Source of the DNA: Octopus vulgaris
Taxonomy: Eukaryota
Direction of reading: 5' to 3'
Assembly: GCA_951406725.2 (NCBI GenBank)
Contig: OX597821.1
Span: forward strand, 58,156,001 to 58,220,000
DNA length: 64,000 bases
Position 1 is the first letter of the stretch, and each line of letters begins with the position of its first letter. The notes beneath the pieces are model-generated. The model did no database searches. It was not told the origin of the DNA and saw nothing but the letters and a program-made list of their open reading frames with translations. Of the stretch, positions 55,478-64,000 are shown in pieces. The position numbers and the translations under genes were made by a program.

Positions 55478-56035
55478 TTTAGCACAAGTCCTGCAATTCT
55501 TAGGGAGGGTATACATTGACCCCCAGTGTTCTGTTGATACTTATTTTATTGACTCCGAAAGGATGAAAGGCGAAGTCGAGTGCGGCGGAATTTCAACTCT
55601 GAACATAAAGCCGGAAAAAATGCTCGATGTGCTAATGGTCCTACCAACATTTTGTTCAGTTCACTAACGAATCCACAAGCAGTTTGTTCGGTTCACCAAC
55701 GATTATACCAGTAACTTGTTCAGTTCACTAACGATTCTACAAGTCACTTGTTCACTAATGATTCTACCCGTAACTTGTTCCGTTCACTAACGATTCTACT
55801 AGCAACCTGTTCGATTCACTAACGATTCTACCCGTAACTTGTTCCGTTCGCTAACGATTCTACCCGTAAGTTGTTCCGTTCGCTAACGATTCTACCCGTA
55901 AGTTGTTCTGTTCACTAACGAATCTACCAATAACTTGTTCCGTTCACTAACGATTCTACCAGTAACTTGTTCGGTTCACTGACGATTCTACCAGTAACTT
56001 GTTCGGTTCACTAACGATTCTGCCAGCTAGCCGTA
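55478..56035 (-). mobile_element. SINE family A with a minisatellite expansion in its head
   Basis: Family A body 55478-55635; terminal ctaacgattctgccagctagccg. Confidence 0.75.
55632..56025. repeat. ~32-bp minisatellite, ~12 units
   Basis: Consensus aacttgttccgttcactaacgattctacc(c/a)gt. Confidence 0.9.
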
Positions 56036-56739
56036 TAATTACAGAGAAAGAGTGGGGAAGGAAAATAAGTTCCGGTGATGGACTACTAATTTAAGTAACG
56101 ACCCTGATAGAATGAAATTTACCTTGAAACCTACAAGGACCATGTCGTGATTTGAACTCAGAATGAAGGAAGCCGGCAGGAATACATGTGCTAACATAAA
56201 TACAATTTCAAAGAGGAGGTAATTGTCGATGGCATCTCAATATTTTTCTTTTTTTTCTTTTTTCAGTTTCGTACTTATTCTATCGATCTCTTTTGCTGAA
56301 GCCGCTGAGCTACGAGGACGTAGACAAATCACCACCGGCTGCCAAGCGGTGGGTAGATATATAGAAACACAAACGCACACACAGATAGACTGCAAGAGAG
56401 AGAGAGAGAGTGATAGACAGCCAGACGACAAGCTTACGAAGCGTCCGTCTACCAAGTTCATTTACAAGGCTTTGATCAACCTTGGGCCATAGGAGAAGAC
56501 ACAGAAGGTGCCATATATTCAATTTATCTCGGGGTTTTGTGCAGGACGAAACTTCTCTGAACAGAAAGTGAGACAGGAAAATTATCAGACATAGATTCAT
56601 TTCAATTTGGTCTGACGACTGATAGGTATCATTTTCTGTTGAGGAAAGTTTGATTTTGCATGAAACCGTCCGGTAACTTTCCTTGACCAAAATATTATTA
56701 CTTTATAATTGTGTGTGTATGTGTGTGTTTGTATGTGTA

Positions 56740-57348
56740 TTCTTTTACATGTTTCAGTCATGTGGCCATGCTGGAGCACCGCCTCAAAGGGTTTCAGTCG
56801 AAGAAATCGAGTCCAGGACTTATTCTTTGTAAACCTAGTACTTATTCTATTGATCTCTTTTGCCGAATCGCTAAATTACGGGGACATAAACACAACTACG
56901 ATTATCCAGCGATGGTGGGACAAACACAGACAGAATGACACACACATAAATACATATATTTACGACAAACTTCTTTCAGTTTCCTTCTACCAAATCCACT
57001 CATAGGGTTTTGGTAGGCCCAAGGCTATAGTAGATGACCTTTACCCAAGGTTCCACGCAGTGGGACTGAACCTGGAAACATGCGGTGGAGAAGCAAGCTT
57101 CTTTATTTCATTATATTGGCCATAAGGCCTTACACAGAGAAAGGAAGCTGCGGGCTAGACATAGACATAATGTTATATGAAATGAGAATGAAAATGATGA
57201 TTAATGGGGGGGAGCGACGCCCGCCGATCGATATTTCCCGAGAACATTGATCTCTTGTATATTATTCATGAGGCAACAAACCTCTACACTGTTCACAGTA
57301 TTCAATAATAATTCATAGAGAAGCAAGCTTCTTACCACACAGTCACGC
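56740..57348 (-). mobile_element. SINE family B split in its head by a 214-bp insertion
   Basis: TSD gagaagcaagcttctt at 57088-57103 and 57318-57333. Confidence 0.88.
57104..57317 (-). mobile_element. 5'-truncated copy (3' UTR) related to the Tx1/L1-like element at 24834-29544
   Basis: Shares collinear blocks ttggccat..gcc, agctgcgggct.gaca, atgag.atga.aatgatga and cgcccgccga.cgata with 24834-24965. Confidence 0.8.
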
Positions 57349-58534
57349 TGATTCTGTCAACATGTTTACAATCACAGAATGTTTGAAATTTACTCGTCTT
57401 TGACGATTTCACAATAAAACCTGAATATCTAATTTACATTATGTAACTAATGTGTTGATGCAGGGTAGGTTAAGTGGTGTAACTAAATATCTTATAAACA
57501 ATCTCTCATATTTTTGTTTTATTCTCTACATGTACTCTGTGAAACACCCAAATCCCGGATTCATAAAAAATGATAAAAATACAATGACACGAATAGGAAT
57601 ATATGTTTGACTCGACTCCATGCATCTTAAAAAAGGATGGGTGAATGTAGCAAGGATGGCACGTGTGAATAACGGAGCCAGCTTGGGCATAATCCTATGA
57701 ACCAAAAAAAACGAAAGGAAAAAAGAGAGCCCCTTACTGTAATGTGTTTTCTTTTTGCATGGCACTATTGCCCAAGGTTCCCGTGGTCTTTTCCGTAGGC
57801 TTTTCTCTCCGCGGATAAACCTAATCTGTTTTCCCTTTTTACATTGACATTTCTGTGATACAAGATCCCTATTGATCGTCTCCATTATTTTTTTCTCAAT
57901 CCCTTTTGATCGGAATTCAACCCACTTTTTTCCTTCTCTTCTTCCCAAAAAGAAAGCTCTACTTTATATTTTGCCCCTTCTGTGTTCAGCTCAGTGTGGC
58001 CAATAATGAAATCTATGTAGTACTTTTTTGTGTGTACAGCTAAATGTGTAAATGCAACTGGTGAATGTAAAGCTCAATACAAAATATGGTCATCGAGTCA
58101 AGTGGTGTGTTTCATCACTAAAGCGTTGGATCTGTGTCAATATAATATAATAAAGAACTGTTGTGAGTCTGCATCTAACTGCACTATAAACATCCACTGC
58201 ACAGGATGTACATAGCTACACTAATGAAACGTGCGTAGGGAAAAACTGGTACAAACTACATATTGTGTTTAGCATACGTTTTCCTCTGCGCGTGTGTGTG
58301 TATGTGTATGTTTGTGCTGTGTGTGCATGTGCGTGCGGCGGGTGTGCACGTATGTATGTTGGAATTTCCGGTTTTCCCGGAGGGCTTTTTATTTACTTAA
58401 GTGACTATAAGGGTGTTTACATGTCGATCTTAATTTCACACATAAAAGTCATCCAAATAATTAACTGTTGATATTTCCACATTATTCGTGCTTCAGATAC
58501 ATTATTTTAAGCTGTGTAAATATGAATATGACAG

Positions 58535-58580
<46 letters not shown>

Positions 58581-58728
58581 GATGAGATAGATTCATATTC
58601 TCATATACATACACATATATAGACATATGTAAATACATATACATACATAAATATCTACATACACACACACATATATATATATACACATATGCGCACATTT
58701 ATATGTGTGTGTGTGTCTGTGTGTTTGT

Positions 58729-59075
58729 GGAGGCGCAATGATCCATTGGTTAGGGCAGCGGACTCGCGGTCGTAAGATCGCGGTATCGATTCCCAGACCG
58801 GGCGTTGTGATTGTTTATTGAGCGAAAACACCTAAAGCTCCACGAGGCACCAGCAGGGGTTGGTGGCGAACCCTCCTGTACTCTTTCATCACAACTTTCT
58901 CTCACTCTTGGCCAGCCTCATCACACTCTGTGTCACGCTGAATCTCCCCGAGAACTACGTTAAGTGTACATGTATCCGTGGAGTGCTCAGCCACTTGCAC
59001 GTTAATTTCAGGAGCAGGCTGTTCCGTTGATCAGATCAACTGGTACCCTCGTCGTCGTAACCGACGGAGTGTCAC
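58729..59075 (+). mobile_element. tRNA-derived SINE with a distinct head and tail type 1
   Basis: ggaggcgcaatgatccattggttagggc...tcgattccc; tail matches 11760-11910. Confidence 0.8.
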
Positions 59076-59102
59076 GACACATATATATGTACGCACACAC
59101 AC

Positions 59103-59177
<75 letters not shown>

Positions 59178-59594
59178 ACAATTTGATTCCGTTCAACTTA
59201 GGCTCGGAGAACGAACGTAGCTCGTAAGGTAATGGGAGATTTCCAAAAGCCTGACGAGCTAGGTTCGTTCTACGATTCTACGATCCTTTAAGTTTCACGG
59301 AGCCGAGTTCCTGCCAATTGCATTGAGTGTCACTTACGTTTGTCCACTCATTCATATATGTGTCTGCGTTTTGCGTATGTCTGTTTAATTTTTTAACACA
59401 AAACAATGCAAGTCGATTAGTTAGGACCTCTTTTTTCCGGAAATCTCCGGAGAAGTAGTGTTGTGAGCTAACATCTCTGTTCTGTAATGTACGTATATGA
59501 AGGGATGCTTTGCATGCGCAGGAGAGCATTGCTATAGTATTCAATCAGCTGTGAACAGCTCGGTTCTGTTGTTAATACGTGAATTCTCTCCATT

Positions 59595-60030
59595 AAGGCG
59601 GTGAGCTAGCAGAAACTTTAGCACGCCGGGCGAAAGGCTTATCGATATTTCGTCTGCCGCTACGTTCTGAGTTCAAATTCCGCCGAGGTCGACTTTGCCT
59701 TTCATCCTTTCGGGGTCGATAAATTAAGTACCAGTTACGCACTGGGGTCGATATAATCAACTTAATCCGTTTGTTTGTCTGTCCTTGTTTGTCTCCTCTA
59801 TGTTTAACCCCTTGTGGGCAATAAAGAAATAAGAAACGTTGGTATGCTAGACAAAATGCTTAGCAGTATTTGTCCAAATTTACATTATGAGTTCAAAATT
59901 CCGCCGAGGTCGACTTTGCTTTTCATCCTTAAGAGGTCGATAAAATACCAGTTAAGCACTGAGGTCGATGTAATCAACTTAACTCCCGCTTTCAGAATTG
60001 CTGGCCTTGTGCCAAAATTTGAGACCAATA
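59595..60030 (+). mobile_element. SINE family A dimer
   Basis: ggcggtgagctagcagaa...gagttcaaattccgccgaggtcgactttgc, twice. Confidence 0.85.
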
Positions 60031-60444
60031 TGTGAGTTGTCCATAAGGCGCCGGAAAAAGTGTTTAGTGACATTTTTCCGAATTTACGTTCTGAGTTTAC
60101 ATTCCACCAAGTCACAACCGCGCCTGTCTTTATTGCTATTTTCAGTCTTGACAGTTCTTTGCAACTCTTTCGGAAAGATGTTTTCATTTTCTTGCTGAAT
60201 TTTTTTATTTTACTCCCTCTGGTTTTAATTATATCTGGTTAGTTCCCCGCCATCACCAACATCTCACCTCTGTATATACTGTGAGGACGCATATATCAAA
60301 ACAACGGTTAATCTCCTATGCGAACGCACGTACACACACACACACACACACGTGTATGTGTGTGTGTGCGTGTGTGTGTGTGTGGAGAGAGAGAGAAAAA
60401 AGACACAGATAGACGAAGGCAGAAACACACAGAGATATGTATAT

Positions 60445-60832
60445 AATGTGACTGTGTAGTAAGAAGCTTGCTTCTCAACTACATGGTTCCAGGTTCAGTC
60501 CCCCAGCGTGGCACCTTGGGCAAGTGCCTTCTGCTATAGCCTCAGGTGGACCAAAGCCTTGTACGTAGATTTGGTAGACGGAAACTGAAAGAAGCCCGTC
60601 GTATATGTGTGTGTATGTCTTTGTATCTGTGTTTGCTCCACTGTAGATTGACAACCAGTGTTGTTGTTTTTACGTCCCCGTAATTAGCGGGTCGGCAAAA
60701 GAGACCGATATAATAAGTACTTGGCCTAAAATAAGTCCTAGAGTCGATTTGTTCGACTAAAACCCTTCAAGGCAGTGCTGCAGCATGGCCGCAGTCAAAT
60801 AGCTGAAACAAGTACGAGATAAAAATAAAAGA
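60445..60832 (+). mobile_element. SINE family B, full length
   Basis: Family B head and tail. Confidence 0.85.
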
Positions 60833-60926
60833 TATATTTATATGTGCATGCAAACAAACACACACACCCAGGTACATACATACATACATACATACGCGCA
60901 CACACATACATTACATACACACATAA

Positions 60927-60957
<31 letters not shown>

Positions 60958-61439
60958 CATACATACATACATACATACATACATACATTTTGTAACGGTC
61001 AAGAACCTTCACACGATTAAATTTATATTAGGAAAATAGGTGAAAATGCTTTGAGGACTTTATTATTAAAAATAGAAAAATTTTACATTTTTACCAAAAT
61101 AATCCGTCAATTCGAATTGTTAAGACATTTATTCATGCAATAACAGAGGACGAAAGTAACCGGATTAAATTTATTTTTCGTGAGAGCAGTTTTAAGGTTC
61201 AATCATTTTTCATACAAAATTCACAAGGCATTGGTGGTTGGTCTCCCTCTGATGGCAGTCAGATCATAATTATAGTAGTCAGAGTAATACCAGTGATCCT
61301 TCTTATAGCAGCAGAAGTACTGCTCTATTGTCCCTTGCTGGCGATGTCGGTATCAAGGAGCGGTTGGTAACGTTGCGAGAAGTCGTGATAGTGGTTGCTT
61401 ATCAGCCTTCCCAGTAAAAACAGCTGAAACAGTAGTAGC

Positions 61440-61452
61440 TTAAGCAGTAGTT

Positions 61453-61517
<65 letters not shown>

Positions 61518-61570
61518 TCTTTTTCTTCTTCTTCTTCCAGCAGCAACAGTAGCAGTAGTAGCAGTAGTCA
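61440..61570. repeat. (TAG)n microsatellite
   Basis: Read directly from sequence. Confidence 0.9.
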
Positions 61571-61839
61571 GTAATTCATTATGAATGTCGTTCCTAAGTT
61601 GATGCAAGGCTCTTATTATGTGCCACTGGCTAATTGTTACAAGAAGATCGTAAAAAATTTGGTTTTCTTCCTACTGACACATGTGTCTGCATGTTCACTA
61701 AATCCTGTTTATTTGTATTTTCAGTTCTGTAATATCTACAATATTATGCGTTGTCTTAAAGACATCCCGGTTTGCCTAATGTAGATTTCTCCACATCCTG
61801 TGTATATTGCATAAATTAGATATTTTAAGGCCTAGGTTA

Positions 61840-62006
61840 CTCTTTTACTTGTTTCAGTCATTTAACTGTAGCCATGCTGAAGCATCGCCTTTAGTCGAGA
61901 AAATCGATCCCAGGACTTATTCTTTGTAACCCTAGTGCTTATTCTATCGGTCTATTTTGCCGAACCGCCAAAATTCGGGGACGTAAACAGACCACACAGC
62001 CACTCC
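61840..62006 (-). mobile_element. SINE family B, internally deleted
   Basis: 3' domain joined directly to accacacagccactcc (extreme 5' end). Confidence 0.75.
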
Positions 62007-62121
62007 TATTTTTATTTTGAAAAGTTCCCTTTGTTATAAACGGATCTCCGCTCCTACTGACAGATTTAAAACACTCCACGGTTAGATCTTGCGATTTTTT
62101 AATTTTAGGTCGTGTGAGTAT

Positions 62122-62225
<104 letters not shown>

Positions 62226-63454
62226 GTGTACATGGTGGCTGTGAACTCTTAAGCAAATATGACCATCTCTGGTGAATTATCTTATCCTAGATGTTAAACA
62301 CAATAGCTATCAGCAATGCCGATGCTGAAATTTAAAGTCAATAACTAACTTTCAAAACACCGCTAAGATTCACACCTTCCAAGCCTAGTAATCCAGAAAC
62401 AAGCAAGAACAAGATTTCCGGCTTCGTAATGAGGCAGGTCTTATTTCGGAATTTCCTTCTCCTTGAGAGATGCCTAAACGAAGAGTAACGGTCTCTCACT
62501 CCCAGGTGTTGGATAACCATCGACCTGAGTTCATCCACCTTTTGACAGATTTTGTTTTTCGTCCTGCAGGGTGTCCAACAAAAGCCACCCTCCTTACAAA
62601 TCAGGTCTGGTAGGGTTTAGTTGTCGACGGCCCGACCATAAGACATGTTGTACTGAGTTACATGTCACCAGTAGAAGAGTGATCTGACATATGTATATAC
62701 ATGCATATTGCACACTATGTATATACAGAAACTGTACATTGTGTATTGTTATACCTCCTGTTTTCAGTGTCAATTTAGTATTGTTGGCAGAGTGTCTGAC
62801 GTACACTAACAGACATTTTATTCTACCAGTTACGAGTATCATGTTTCACACGATCAATTATTTTTATGTGATCTCACTGTCTACAGTTATCTGCGATCAT
62901 TTTTTAAAATATTTTAAAAATCTAATTTGCGGTTCTGCACTCATATACATATGTGAATACTACCTTTGATTACCGCTTTTCTAAAGATAAGAACTTAGGG
63001 ATTAACGTCGCAGAGAATTAATTCTTGCATGGTATTAAATTAGGTATTAGTATATCGACGTTGCTTCAGATCCCAAATAAATTTCCCTCACAGTATCGTA
63101 GCTGTTGGGTTCCGCTCTGGTCTACGCTTTTATGAGGTTGCATTCGGGAGTCTGCTGTACAGGTCTATGGGAAAGGAGGGGCGGGAAACCCAAGGGCTGC
63201 CTTAAGCGGCACTCATTCTAGCTCATCAAGTTTCTCACTAGTCTATAATCACTTGGTGTGCTAACTTAGTAACCTGGACTGAAGGAAAGAGCCCCAATGA
63301 TTTTTTTTCTAGGAATGTGTATGCTCTGGGTTTGTATAATTGCACGTGGTTGTACAAAGCTCACTTTGTTTCGCAGATTTTTGGAGTTGGCACATTCCTG
63401 TCGTAACTTTCTTTTATATTTTCCGAAAATTTCTGCATATGGACTATAGTTTTG

Positions 63455-63705
63455 TCCCCTCTGTGTTTAACCCCCTGTAGGAAATAAAGAAATAAATATT
63501 ACAATAAATAAAGCGGCGAGCCGGACAAAACGCATAGCGGTATTTCGTCTGTCTTCATGTTCTGAGTTCAAATTCCGTCGAGGTCGACTTTGCCTTTCAT
63601 CCTTTCTGGGTCGATAAACTAAGTACCAGTTGGGCACTGGGGTCGATGTAATCGACTTACCCTTTCGTCCGAAATTACTGGCCTTGTGCCAAAATTTGTA
63701 ACCAG
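63455..63705 (+). mobile_element. SINE family A
   Basis: ttctgagttcaaattccgtcgaggtcgactttgcctttcatcc. Confidence 0.82.
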
Positions 63706-63842
63706 CATTACCAATAAATTTTACTCTACTAAATATAGAGGGACTCACCATGAGTAAAAGTATTGTTGTTCCCTACAAGGTGATCAGCATATACCAAATA
63801 AAATACACACACGTCTGTGTGAGTGAGTGTGTATATATATAA

Positions 63843-63883
<41 letters not shown>

Positions 63884-63968
63884 TATGTGTTTGTTTTGAT
63901 GAGTGTGTATGATATTTAACGTTACACATACCAAATAAAATACACACACGTCTGTGTGAGTGAGTGTG

Positions 63969-64000
<32 letters not shown>

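Noticed and set aside
55632-56025. CRISPR-like array of ~32-bp repeats
   Set aside because: Units are contiguous with no unique spacers, there are no cas genes, and the context is a eukaryotic SINE.
57526-57948. 140-aa minus-strand ORF
   Set aside because: No recognisable motif, non-ATG start, and composition explained by the pyrimidine-rich plus strand.
59208-59271. Hairpin containing CTGACGA as a hammerhead
   Set aside because: The inverted repeat is real, but no GAAA/stem III follows; kept only as a small fold-back.

Overview
AT-rich, microsatellite-saturated eukaryotic DNA with no recognisable host gene. The tRNA-derived SINE families and repeat landscape resemble an octopus (coleoid cephalopod) genome; this is an inference from recalled sequence. 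Contents: dozens of SINE copies from three families, a near-complete decayed mariner, Tc1/maT/mariner fragments, four non-autonomous Helitron loci (two with a Pif1-helicase fragment), an R4/Dong-type LINE, and two RTE fragments. Two signals stand out. (1) A Tx1/L1-like retroelement family has inserted twice (24834-29544 and 57104-57317) at the identical nucleotide of the tRNA-like head of one SINE family, each time with a 16-bp TSD specific to the host copy. This suggests a site-specific retrotransposon that parasitises a SINE. (2) Several minimal hammerhead ribozyme motifs from at least four unrelated Penelope-pLTR-like families, together with many fold-back elements, sit next to (TA)n tracts. 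Coordinates of decayed repeats are approximate, and most long ORFs in the track are microsatellite artefacts.
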